DNA from: Thermoanaerobaculia bacterium
GTDB taxonomy: Bacteria > Acidobacteriota > Thermoanaerobaculia > Gp7-AA8
Reading direction: 5' to 3'
Assembly (NCBI GenBank): GCA_036488085.1
Contig: DASXHZ010000058.1
Coordinates: forward strand, 122 to 64,121
Length of the DNA: 64,000 bases
Shown: piece after piece, positions 44,535 to 53,432 of the stretch
How positions within the stretch are numbered: position 1 is the first letter of the stretch
How the letters are laid out: every line of letters begins with the position of its first letter
Program-made: the position numbers and the translations under genes
The notes under the pieces: model-generated
Database searches by the model: none
The model's input: the letters and a program-made list of their open reading frames with translations, nothing else
Told to the model about the DNA's origin: nothing

Positions 44535-45902
44535 TCAATTTCTAATTTTAGAAATGTCGATTCCGTGCTTGCGCGCTTTGTAGTAGACCGCGCTGCGGGA
44601 GACGCCGAGGCGGTCGGCGACGCGGTCGATGGCGCCGTTCTCGTCGCGGAGGACTTGCTCGATGTAGTCGCGCTCGACGTCTTCGAGCGTGCCGCTGCGC
44701 GGCGTCGCCGCCGACGACTGCGCGGCGGACGGCGCCTCCGCGGGCATGACGAGTTGTTCGGCGTCGAGGACGTCGCCGTGGCTGCGGAGGAGGGCGCGTT
44801 CGAGGACGTTGCGCAGTTCGCGAATGTTGCCGGGCCAGTCGTAGCGGCAGAGGATGCGCTCCGCCGCGGCGCTGATGCGGACGCGGGGCTGCCCGAGGTC
44901 GCGCGCGAGGCCCTCGAGGATGCTTTGGGAGAGAATCGGGATGTCGTCGCGGCGCTCGCGGAGCGCGGGTACGGTCAGTTCCAGGGTGCTGATGCGGTAG
45001 TAGAGATCCTGGCGGAACCCGCGCGCTTCGACGAGCGAGCGGAGCTCGCGGTGCGTCGCCGCGATCAGACGGATGTCGACGCTGCGGTCCTTCACGTCGC
45101 CGAGGCGGCGGAAGCGTTTCTCTTCGAGGACTTTGAGGAGGCTCGCCTGCACCTGCAGGTCCATGTCGCCGATCTCGTCGAGGAAGACGGTTCCGCGGTT
45201 CGCGACTTCGAGGAGGCCTTGCTTGGTCGACATCGCGCCGGTGAACGCGCCTTTCTCGTGGCCGAACAATTCGGTCTCGAGGAACTCTCGCGAGATCCCG
45301 GCGCAATTGAGGTCGACGAACGCCTCGCCGGCACGGCGGCCGTTCGAGTGGATCCAGCGGGCCAGAACGGTCTTGCCGGTCCCGGTCTCGCCGTGGACGA
45401 GTACGGGGCTGTCGGTGCGCAGCACGGCGTCGGTTTTCGCGCGCAGATCGCGGATCGCGTCGCTCACCCCGAGGAATGGGTCGACGCGATTGCGGGCGTC
45501 GCTCTTCGCCGCACCGGCGAGGGCCTGCTGCCGGTTGCGCTGGTTCTCCATGATGCGCTTGATGACGACCAGCAGCGTGTCGAGCTCCACCGGCTTCGTG
45601 AAGAACTGTTCTGCGCCGAGCTTCACGGCTTCAACGGCGGCGTCGATGGAGGCGTAGGCGGTGAGGACGAGCAGCGCGGAGCTGTCGATGGAGCGGAACT
45701 CCGGGATGAGGTCGAGCGCGGTGCCGTCGGGGAGCCGGAAGTCGAGGATGGTGATGTCGGGCCGGAAGGAACGGAAACGTACCCGCGCGGTCGCGCAGTC
45801 GTTCGCCTCCTCGACGTCGAAGTCGTGCGATTTCAGAAAACGGCGCACGCCGAAGCGCGGACCCTCTTCGTCATCAACGAGTAACACGCGATTGCGAAGC
45901 AT
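44535..45902 (-). CDS. Sigma54-dependent response regulator (NtrC family)
   Basis: REC (VLLVDDEEG...ITILDFRLPDG), AAA+ GETGTGKT, the GAFTGA loop (EKGAFTGA) and a C-terminal Fis-type HTH (VADRLGVSRSAVYYKARKHGI). Confidence 0.9.
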   Translation of the reverse strand: MLRNRVLLVDDEEGPRFGVRRFLKSHDFDVEEANDCATARVRFRSFRPDITILDFRLPDGTALDLIPEFRSIDSSALLVLTAYASIDAAVEAVKLGAEQFFTKPVELDTLLVVIKRIMENQRNRQQALAGAAKSDARNRVDPFLGVSDAIRDLRAKTDAVLRTDSPVLVHGETGTGKTVLARWIHSNGRRAGEAFVDLNCAGISREFLETELFGHEKGAFTGAMSTKQGLLEVANRGTVFLDEIGDMDLQVQASLLKVLEEKRFRRLGDVKDRSVDIRLIAATHRELRSLVEARGFRQDLYYRISTLELTVPALRERRDDIPILSQSILEGLARDLGQPRVRISAAAERILCRYDWPGNIRELRNVLERALLRSHGDVLDAEQLVMPAEAPSAAQSSAATPRSGTLEDVERDYIEQVLRDENGAIDRVADRLGVSRSAVYYKARKHGIDISKIRN

Positions 45903-45935
45903 CAGGCGTATATTGAACCGATCCCCGAGATTCTA

Positions 45936-46829
45936 ATGGCGATCCGTCGCCGCGGTCTGTTAACGAGTGTTGTCATGCTCGCGATGCTCTCGCTGGCGCC
46001 GTCGAAGCCGGTGATGCGGTACGTCTATGACGGGCCGGAGTCGGCACGCGACGTCCGTTATCTCTATCACTGGGACATCCTCCGGACGGCGCTGGAGAAG
46101 ACGCGCCCGAAGTGGGGCGAGTATCTGATGGTGGTGTCGGACGTCATGACGGAACCACGGCAGCAGTTCGAGCTGCTGCACGCGACCGGCAAGTTGAACG
46201 TGATGTATCTCAGCACGACGCCGGAGTTCGAACGGAAGCTCGTCGGGATTCACATACCGGTCGACAAGAACCTAGGCGGGTATTGTGTGTTTCTGATTCG
46301 TGACGCCGAGCAGCCGCGTTTTGCGAACGTCCGCACGCTCGACGACCTCCGCAAGTTCAGCTACGGTCTCGGCCTCGGATGGATCGACGTCGGGATCCTC
46401 CGCGCCAATCGCTTCGACGTCGTCACCGGATCGAGCTACGACGGGCTGTTCGCGATGCTGGCCCAGAAGAGGTTCGACATTTTGCTGCGCGCCGCAACGG
46501 AGGTGTTCGCCGAATACGAGAAGCAGGGCGGGAAGGAGAACCGGCTCGCGATCGAGAAGACGATCCTGTTCTATTACCCGATGCCGATGTACTTCTGGTT
46601 TCCGAAGACGGAGGAGGGGCGGCGTCTCGCCGCGAGGGCGGAGGAGGGGATGCGGATGATGATCGCGGACGGGACGTACGATCAGATCTTCGACCGCTAT
46701 CAACGCCACAAGATCGAGACCCTGCGGCTGAAGGAGCGGAAGCTGTTCACGATCAAGAATCCGAACGTCGGTCCGGAGACGCCGTTTGCCGACAAACGGC
46801 TGTGGTTCGATCCCAAGACATATCGATGA
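45936..46829 (+). CDS. Periplasmic solute-binding-like protein (family 3 type)
   Basis: 297 aa with a signal/anchor LLTSVVMLAMLSLAP. Overall resemblance to transporter substrate-binding domain proteins. ATGA overlap with the kinase gene. Confidence 0.65.
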   Translation: MAIRRRGLLTSVVMLAMLSLAPSKPVMRYVYDGPESARDVRYLYHWDILRTALEKTRPKWGEYLMVVSDVMTEPRQQFELLHATGKLNVMYLSTTPEFERKLVGIHIPVDKNLGGYCVFLIRDAEQPRFANVRTLDDLRKFSYGLGLGWIDVGILRANRFDVVTGSSYDGLFAMLAQKRFDILLRAATEVFAEYEKQGGKENRLAIEKTILFYYPMPMYFWFPKTEEGRRLAARAEEGMRMMIADGTYDQIFDRYQRHKIETLRLKERKLFTIKNPNVGPETPFADKRLWFDPKTYR

Positions 46830-48586
46830 TGGAGTGGCGCAAGTATTCGCTCGCGACGGTGGTGGCCGCGCTGCTCGTCGCGGTGACGACCCTGCTCCTG
46901 GGAGGGTATTTCGTTTTCGACTATTTCCAGGAGGCGCGGGGGCAACGGGCCAACCTCGAGCAACTGACAAGGATTCAACTCCAGGAGACCTGTGTCGCGC
47001 TCGCGCTCCCGATCTGGAACATCGACGGCGCGCAGATCGAGCGAGTGATCGAGGCGATGGCGCGTCCAATCTCCATTTACGCGATCCGCGTCGACGCGGC
47101 GGGAAAGACCTACGGACGGATCCGGAATTCGGAGTGGCTTCTCGTGCCGTGGAACGGCGGTGACGAACCACGTGGAATGATGGTCAGCGAGGCGTACGTG
47201 ACGTTCGAGGAGCGCCAGGTCGGACGTGTACGGCTTTACGTGACGCCGAGATTTCTCCATGAAGACTTGAGGGACGTGCGACTGCGTCTGGTCGTGACGG
47301 TGCTCATCGTCGACATGCTCCTTGTCGCGTGCGTCTATCTTCTCCTGTCGCTCACGGTGCTGCGGCCGATTCGCGCCATCGAGCGTTACGCCGTCGCCGT
47401 CAGCCACGGCAGCCACTACGAGCATCCCGTCGTCCCAGTGGCATCCGCGGAGCTCGACAGCTTGTGCCACTCGATCGAGACGATGGTGAAGCTGCTCGAC
47501 GAGCGATATGTCGAACTGCAGACGGAGATGGCGCGCAGGCTGGTGAGCGAGGAACGCTTCATCTCAATATTCGATTCGGTCAACGACGCGATTCTCGTTC
47601 AGGATCCGGAGACGACCGCGGTCATCGACGCGAACCGGCGCGCGTGCGAGATGTTCGGCTATACGCGCGAGGAGATGCTCACACTGCGGTCACGCGACCT
47701 GAGCTCGGGGGAAGAGGGGTTCACCGAGGAGCACGTTCGGGATCTGTTTCGCTCGTACACGGCACTGGATCAGGTGGAATGGCAGTCGCGGCGCCGCGAT
47801 GGGCATCCCTTTTGGACGGAGGCGAGTCTACGGCTGGCGGTCATCGCCGGCGAGCCGCGGGCGATCGTCGCGGCGCGCGACATCACGCAGCGCAAGGAGT
47901 TGGAGGAGGCGCTGCGGAGGAACGAGCGGATGTCGGCGGTCGGCACACTGGTCGCGGGTGTGGCGCACGAAGTCCGCAATCCGCTGTTCGGAATCGCCGC
48001 CACGCTCGACGCCTTCGAGGCGGAGTTCGGCGTCACGGAAGAGATGAAGGAGTACTTCTCAACGCTGCGGAACGACGTCTCGCGCCTGACGCGCCTGATG
48101 AACGACCTACTCGAGTATGGCCGCCCGCACGAAATCATCCGGCACGTGCAGCCGCTCGAGCCGCTGATCGTGGAGGCGGTGAGGGTCTGTTCGCCGAAGG
48201 CGCGCGAGAAGGAGGTCGAGATGCGCTACGACGTCGCTCCGTCCCTCCCGCGCGTCTCGCTCGATGCAGACCGGATGCTGCAGGTGCTGAAGAACGTGGT
48301 CGAAAACGCGATCGATCACTCGAACAAGGGCGATGCGGTCGTCATTCACGCGGAGCGCGACGGCGGCGGAACGGTCGTCTGCAACGTCACCGACTCGGGC
48401 CCCGGCTTCCGGATGGAGGACCTACCGCACGTCTTCGAGCCGTTCTTCACGCGCCGCCGCGGCGGCAGCGGGCTCGGACTCGCCATCGTGCAGAAGATCG
48501 TCGCCGAACACGGCGGAACGGTCATCGCCTTGAATCGCGCCGCGGGCGGCGGGCGCGTCGAGATCCGGATCCCAGCTATCGCCTAG
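46826..48586 (+). CDS. Sensor histidine kinase (TM - HAMP - PAS - HisKA - HATPase)
   Basis: ATG at 46826 (MMEWRKYS). Two TM segments. PAS (FISIFDSVNDAILVQD...), H-box GVAHEVRNPL, N-box VVENAIDHS, and DSGPGF/GGSGLGLAIV. Confidence 0.9.
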   Translation: MMEWRKYSLATVVAALLVAVTTLLLGGYFVFDYFQEARGQRANLEQLTRIQLQETCVALALPIWNIDGAQIERVIEAMARPISIYAIRVDAAGKTYGRIRNSEWLLVPWNGGDEPRGMMVSEAYVTFEERQVGRVRLYVTPRFLHEDLRDVRLRLVVTVLIVDMLLVACVYLLLSLTVLRPIRAIERYAVAVSHGSHYEHPVVPVASAELDSLCHSIETMVKLLDERYVELQTEMARRLVSEERFISIFDSVNDAILVQDPETTAVIDANRRACEMFGYTREEMLTLRSRDLSSGEEGFTEEHVRDLFRSYTALDQVEWQSRRRDGHPFWTEASLRLAVIAGEPRAIVAARDITQRKELEEALRRNERMSAVGTLVAGVAHEVRNPLFGIAATLDAFEAEFGVTEEMKEYFSTLRNDVSRLTRLMNDLLEYGRPHEIIRHVQPLEPLIVEAVRVCSPKAREKEVEMRYDVAPSLPRVSLDADRMLQVLKNVVENAIDHSNKGDAVVIHAERDGGGTVVCNVTDSGPGFRMEDLPHVFEPFFTRRRGGSGLGLAIVQKIVAEHGGTVIALNRAAGGGRVEIRIPAIA

Positions 48587-48648
48587 CGTTTCCGAGCTCG
48601 ACGATCCGGCGATCCAGATCGGCATAGTCGCGAATATCCGTTCGCCGG

Positions 48649-48852
48649 TTAAAGCCAACCCTTCGCGAGCGCAATCGGGATCATGACGAGCACGATACCG
48701 ACGATGAAAATCAGTACAGCACCAGGCACGACGTACGGGTAGATCATCAGCAACACGCCACACACGAGGAATGAGGCGTTGTAATTCTTCCTGCCGTAGA
48801 ACGCGTAGACCCCACCGATCGCCCCGAAGAGGAGGCCGAGGAAGAGGATCAT
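48649..48852 (-). CDS. Small membrane protein (67 aa)
   Basis: MILFLGLLFGAIGGVYAFYGRKNYN..., with three hydrophobic segments. 4-bp overlap with the upstream ATL gene suggests coupling. Confidence 0.55.
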   Translation of the reverse strand: MILFLGLLFGAIGGVYAFYGRKNYNASFLVCGVLLMIYPYVVPGAVLIFIVGIVLVMIPIALAKGWL

Positions 48853-49178
48853 CGCCGCCGCCACCCGAACCGTTTCAGGTCGATCGTGCCACGCGGGTCG
48901 AACTCGACGCCCTCGGCTTCGAGGAGCATGCGCTGCAACTCGTGAGAGTCGCCGCGGCTGCGGGCGCTGATCTCGCCGCGGGCGTTGACCACGCGGTGCC
49001 ACGGGACGTTCGATCGCCCTGGGAGGTCATGGAGCGCATACCCCACCTGGCGCGCGTGACCTTCGAGGCCGGCGACCTCGGCGATGGCGCCGTAGGTGGT
49101 CACTCGTCCCTTCGGCACGCGGCGGACGGCGGCGTAGATCCGCTGGCGATTTGCGTTCACGGCTGGCAGGCTGCACAA
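48849..49178 (-). CDS. Alkyltransferase-like (ATL) protein, MGMT DNA-binding domain without the acceptor Cys
   Basis: RIYAAVRRVPKGRVTTYGAIA... and VPWHRVV, where MGMT has PCHRV. Trp at this position is the ATL hallmark. Confidence 0.8.
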   Translation of the reverse strand: MCSLPAVNANRQRIYAAVRRVPKGRVTTYGAIAEVAGLEGHARQVGYALHDLPGRSNVPWHRVVNARGEISARSRGDSHELQRMLLEAEGVEFDPRGTIDLKRFGWRRR

Positions 49179-49246
49179 TATTTGGTCACCCTGAACGAAA
49201 CAACTGGTTGAAACATCTGATGTGTAGGGAGTGTTGAGGAGTCGCC

Positions 49247-50140
49247 ATGCCCAGAGCCATTGCCACCGCGCAGATTGCCTTCGGTCTCGTGTCCATTCCG
49301 GTGAAGCTGTTCTCCGCCGCCGAATCGTCCGAGCGCATCAGCTTCAACATGATCCATCAGGAGTGCGGAAGCCGGATTCAGCAGCAGCTCTTCTGCCCCA
49401 AGGATGAGCGAACGATCGACCGTACGGAAACCGTGAAGGGGTACGAGTTCGCGAAGGGACAGTACGTCCTCTTCAACGAGGAAGAGCTGAAGGCGCTGGA
49501 GGAGAAGGCGACGCAGGCGATCGAGATCAGCGAGTTCCTCCCAAGCACGACGATCGATCCGGTCTACTTCTCGAAGTCGTACTACCTCGCGCCTGACAAG
49601 GGCGGCGACCGCGCATACGCGCTCCTCACGAAAGCGCTGGAGCACACGGGCCGCTGGGCGCTTGCGCGCTACTCCGCGCGCGGGAAGGGATACCTCGTCG
49701 TCGTGCGTCCGCTCGGCAAGGGTCTCGTGATGCAACAGCTCTATTACGCGAACGAGGTCCGGACGATCGAGGAGATCGATCTCGGAGAGGCGATCGTCAA
49801 GGACAACGAGCTGAAGATGGCCGTGCAGCTCGCCGAGATGGGCGCCGCCGAGGAGTTCCATCCGGAGAATTATCGCGACGAGGTCGCGGATCGCGTTCGT
49901 GGGCTGATCCAAAGAAAGATCGACGGCGAGGAGATTACCGCCACGGACATGGAGGAGCCGCGTGCGCAGGTCATCGACTTGATGGAAGCGCTCAAGGCGA
50001 GCCTCGCAGGCAGCGCCCCCCGCGGCGCCTCGGCATCCGCCACCCCGAAAGGGAAGCTCCCGATCAAGGCCGAGGCTAAGCGGAAGCCCGCGAAACCGGC
50101 CTCGCGCAAGGCCGCGACGGCGAAAGCGCGCGCGCGGTAG
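49247..50140 (+). CDS. ku: Ku protein (non-homologous end joining)
   Basis: IAFGLVSIPVKLFSA...VKGYEFAKGQYV...SYYLAPDKGGDRAYALL and a Lys/Ala-rich C-terminal tail. Confidence 0.9.
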   Translation: MPRAIATAQIAFGLVSIPVKLFSAAESSERISFNMIHQECGSRIQQQLFCPKDERTIDRTETVKGYEFAKGQYVLFNEEELKALEEKATQAIEISEFLPSTTIDPVYFSKSYYLAPDKGGDRAYALLTKALEHTGRWALARYSARGKGYLVVVRPLGKGLVMQQLYYANEVRTIEEIDLGEAIVKDNELKMAVQLAEMGAAEEFHPENYRDEVADRVRGLIQRKIDGEEITATDMEEPRAQVIDLMEALKASLAGSAPRGASASATPKGKLPIKAEAKRKPAKPASRKAATAKARAR

Positions 50141-50204
50141 CACCGCACGGCTGGCTTCGGCATCATCCCTGCACTGCTGTGATCGGTAGGTGTAGGAGGC
50201 TCGT

Positions 50205-50453
50205 ATGGCATTACCTGGACTGGTGTGGTTCCTCATCGTCGGTTTGATCGCCGGCTGGCTCGCATCCATCGTGATGAAGAGCCGCGGCGGCCTTCTCTGG
50301 GATCTGGTGATCGGCGTCATCGGTGCACTCCTCGGCGGCTGGCTCTTCGGCATCCTCGGCATCGGCGCCGGCGGCCTGATCGGCTCGATCATCACGGCGT
50401 TTGTCGGAGCGATTGTCCTGATCTTGATCTTGCGAGCTATCCGGCGCGTGTGA
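50205..50453 (+). CDS. GlsB/YeaQ/YmgE-family small membrane protein
   Basis: FLIVGLIAGWLASIVM...DLVIGVIGALLGGWLF. GGAGG lies upstream. Confidence 0.85.
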   Translation: MALPGLVWFLIVGLIAGWLASIVMKSRGGLLWDLVIGVIGALLGGWLFGILGIGAGGLIGSIITAFVGAIVLILILRAIRRV

Positions 50454-50479
50454 CCTGTCGAGGGTAAAATCCTCCCCAC

Positions 50480-51295
50480 ATGTCCTACTCCGTCCGCGAG
50501 GTCGCGGCGATGCTCGGGCTGACGCCTGCGCAGGTTCGTACTTACGCTTCCCAGGGGTTTCTCAATCCGGAGCGCGGCGTGCGTGGGGAGCTGCGGTTCG
50601 GTTTCCATGACCTGATCCTCCTGCGTACGGCCAACGAGCTGTCGACCGCGAGGATCCCGCAGCGCAAGGTGCGGCGTGCGCTCGAAAAGCTGCGCGAGCA
50701 GCTTCCGGCGGGGCAGTCGCTCACTGGCGTCCGGATTGCGGCCGACGGCGAGCGGGTGATCGTCCGCGACGGCGCCGCCGTCTGGAATCCGGAGTCGGGG
50801 CAGTCATTGTTCGATTTCGCAGTGTCGGAGCTCCAGCCGGCGAGCAACATGACGCCGTTCTTTCCGCGCGCGGAACGCGAGGACGAACGGACCGCCGAGG
50901 ACTGGTACGACATCGGGTGCGAGCTCGAGGATGTCTCCACCGAGGAGGCGAAGGCCGCGTACGACCGCGCACTCGCGCTCGATCCGAATCATGCGGACGC
51001 CTGCGTGAACCTCGGCCGCATCCTGCACGAGGAGCGCGCACCGCAGGCGGCCGAGGCGTTGTACCGGAGGGCGCTGGAGTCGGATCCGCAGCATCCGATC
51101 GCCGCGTTCAACCTCGGCGTCGCGTTGGAAGACCTGGGGCGTTGGGCGGATGCCGTGAACGCATATCGCCGGGCGCTCGTCCTCGACCCGGCGAACGGTG
51201 ACGCGCATTACAACCTAGCCGGGTTATTGGAGAAGCGCGGCGACCGCGCCGGAGCGATGAAGCACCTGATGGTGTATCGGCAACTGATGAAATAG
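50480..51295 (+). CDS. MerR-type HTH + TPR-repeat protein
   Basis: YSVREVAAMLGLTPAQVRTYASQGFL (MerR HTH). C-terminal TPRs (AEDWYDIGCELE.., ADACVNLGRILHEE.., AAFNLGVALEDLGRW.., AHYNLAGLLEKRGD). Confidence 0.8.
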   Translation: MSYSVREVAAMLGLTPAQVRTYASQGFLNPERGVRGELRFGFHDLILLRTANELSTARIPQRKVRRALEKLREQLPAGQSLTGVRIAADGERVIVRDGAAVWNPESGQSLFDFAVSELQPASNMTPFFPRAEREDERTAEDWYDIGCELEDVSTEEAKAAYDRALALDPNHADACVNLGRILHEERAPQAAEALYRRALESDPQHPIAAFNLGVALEDLGRWADAVNAYRRALVLDPANGDAHYNLAGLLEKRGDRAGAMKHLMVYRQLMK

Positions 51296-51312
51296 TTCAT
51301 CATTGCGCCAGC

Positions 51313-52491
51313 GTGTCCACGGTCGCACCACTCCCGAAAGAGCGCCTCGTCGCCCTCGACGTTTTCCGCGGCATGACGATCGCGGGGATGCTGCTCGTCA
51401 ATGACCCCGGCTCATGGTCGGCGATCTATCCGCCGCTGGAACATGCGGAGTGGCATGGCTGGACGCCGACCGATCTCGTTTTCCCGTTCTTTCTATTCAT
51501 CGTCGGTGTCACGACGTATCTCTCGAAGAAGGAGCCGAAGCGGATCCTCCGCCGCGGCGGACTGATCGTTCTTTTCGGTCTGCTGCTGAACGCGTTCCCC
51601 TTCTTCTGGTGGGGAAAGATCGCCGGGAAACCAGATCCGACGTTCGGGCAGCGATTCGTCTACCGATTCGCGCACCTCCGATTCCTCGGCGTCTTGCAGC
51701 GCATCGGCATCGTCTACATCTGCGCGGCGCTGATCGCGACGTATGCGAAGACGCGTCGGCAGCTCATCATCATCGCCAGCGCGATTCTCGTCGGGTACTG
51801 GCTGATCATGACGCTCATCCCTGTGCCCGGAAGCGGCGGCGTCCTCGGGATCGACACGCTCGACCAGCCGGACAAGACGCTCTCGGCGTGGGTCGATCGT
51901 ACGGTACTGACGACGAACCACACGTGGTCGAGCACGAAGACGTGGGACCCCGAGGGGCCGCTGTCGACCCTGCCGGCAATCGCGACGTGCTTGCTCGGGC
52001 TCATCGCGGCCGAGTGGATCGTCGACAAAAAGCGGCCGCTGCTCGAGCGGGTGGCGGGACTCTTCGGCGGAGGATGTCTCGCGATGCTGGCGGGCGATCT
52101 CTGGAGTTGGGTGTTCCCGATCAACAAGAATCTCTGGACGAGCTCGTACGTCGTCTTCGCGGCGGGGTTCGCGTGCGTCGTTCTCGGAACCTGCCTCTGG
52201 ATGATTGACGTCAACGGCTGGCGCGGCTGGACGAAGCCGTTCGTGATCTACGGCGTCAACCCGCTGATTGCGTTCGTCGGATCGGGTCTAATGGCGCGGA
52301 CGATCGACTCACTCTGGAAGGTGAGCCGCGGCGGCAAGATGGTCTCGGTCCACCAGCTCACGTATCAGCTCGCCTTCGAGCCGTTTTTCCCGGCCAAGTT
52401 CGCATCGCTCCTTTGGGGAATCTGTTTCGTATTGTTCTGGCTTCTGATCCTCGGCCTGCTTTACGGGCGGAATATCATCATTCGCGTATGA
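51313..52491 (+). CDS. Heparan-alpha-glucosaminide N-acetyltransferase-like membrane acyltransferase (DUF1624/DUF5009)
   Basis: GTG start. RLVALDVFRGMTIAGMLLVN...WHGWTPTDLVFPFFLFIVG and about 10 TM segments. Confidence 0.8.
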   Translation: MSTVAPLPKERLVALDVFRGMTIAGMLLVNDPGSWSAIYPPLEHAEWHGWTPTDLVFPFFLFIVGVTTYLSKKEPKRILRRGGLIVLFGLLLNAFPFFWWGKIAGKPDPTFGQRFVYRFAHLRFLGVLQRIGIVYICAALIATYAKTRRQLIIIASAILVGYWLIMTLIPVPGSGGVLGIDTLDQPDKTLSAWVDRTVLTTNHTWSSTKTWDPEGPLSTLPAIATCLLGLIAAEWIVDKKRPLLERVAGLFGGGCLAMLAGDLWSWVFPINKNLWTSSYVVFAAGFACVVLGTCLWMIDVNGWRGWTKPFVIYGVNPLIAFVGSGLMARTIDSLWKVSRGGKMVSVHQLTYQLAFEPFFPAKFASLLWGICFVLFWLLILGLLYGRNIIIRV

Positions 52492-53432
52492 CCAAGTTCG
52501 CCGCCGCCCTCTCTCTCCTCTTCGCAGTCACTCTCTTCGCCGACAACGTGAAGTCGTATGACGCGACGTACGTTGCCACGATCAGTTCGATCCCGGACGG
52601 CGTGCAGAAGCTGACGCTTTGGATTCCACTGCCGGTCTCGCGCGGCGCGCAGACGGTCAGCGACGTCCAGATCGACTCGCCGTACAAGTGGACGATGCAC
52701 ACGGACAAAGAGTTCGGCAACCGCTACGCGACGACGACGGTCGACAGACCGGAACGCGGCGACCTCACGGTCAAGGTGCACTTCACGGCCACTCGGCGTG
52801 AGGAGACCATCGATCATCCGTTCGAGACAAAGGCAGGCGAATCGGAGCTCGCAGGCGCGTTGCGCGCGGACAAGCTCGTGACGCTCTCGCCGCGTGTCCG
52901 CGAGCTAGCCAACACGGTCACGGCCGGCAAACACACGAAGATCGAGCAGGCGAAGGCCATCTACGACTATCTCGTCACGAACATGACGTACGACAAGGTG
53001 GCGCCCGGATGGGGCCATGGCGACACGGAACGTGCCTGCGACGTGAAGAAGGGGAACTGCACCGACTTCCACTCGCTCTTCCTTTCGATGGCGCGCGCGA
53101 AGGGCATTCCGGCGCGTTTCGTCATCGGTTTCCCGCTGACGGCGGCCGACGGCAATGTCAAGGGTTACCACTGCTGGGCCGAGTTCTACATCAAGGGCCG
53201 CGGCTGGCTTCCGGTCGACGCCTCGGATGGCTCGAAGGCGACGGACGCAAAACTGCGCAACTACCTGTTCGGCAACCTCGACGCGCAGCGCGTGCAGTTC
53301 ACAGTCGGCCGCGACTTGAAGCTGACGCCACGCACGAGCGAGCCGCTCAACTTTTTCATCTACCCGCACGCGGAGGCGAACGGCGTCGAGATCGGGACAC
53401 CATTGATCTCGCTGCAGTTCACTCCGAAGTAG
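52488..53432 (+). CDS. Secreted transglutaminase-like cysteine protease-fold protein
   Basis: ATG at 52488 overlaps the previous stop (ATGA). Signal peptide MTKFAAALSLLFAVTLFA. Cys-His-Asp context KGNCTDFHSLF, GYHCWAEF, PVDASD. Confidence 0.85.
   Translation: MTKFAAALSLLFAVTLFADNVKSYDATYVATISSIPDGVQKLTLWIPLPVSRGAQTVSDVQIDSPYKWTMHTDKEFGNRYATTTVDRPERGDLTVKVHFTATRREETIDHPFETKAGESELAGALRADKLVTLSPRVRELANTVTAGKHTKIEQAKAIYDYLVTNMTYDKVAPGWGHGDTERACDVKKGNCTDFHSLFLSMARAKGIPARFVIGFPLTAADGNVKGYHCWAEFYIKGRGWLPVDASDGSKATDAKLRNYLFGNLDAQRVQFTVGRDLKLTPRTSEPLNFFIYPHAEANGVEIGTPLISLQFTPK

Noticed and set aside
46795-46820. GGTTCGATCCC, a T-loop-like motif
   Set aside because: It lies inside the well-supported binding-protein CDS. 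The flanking bases do not form a T-stem or acceptor stem.
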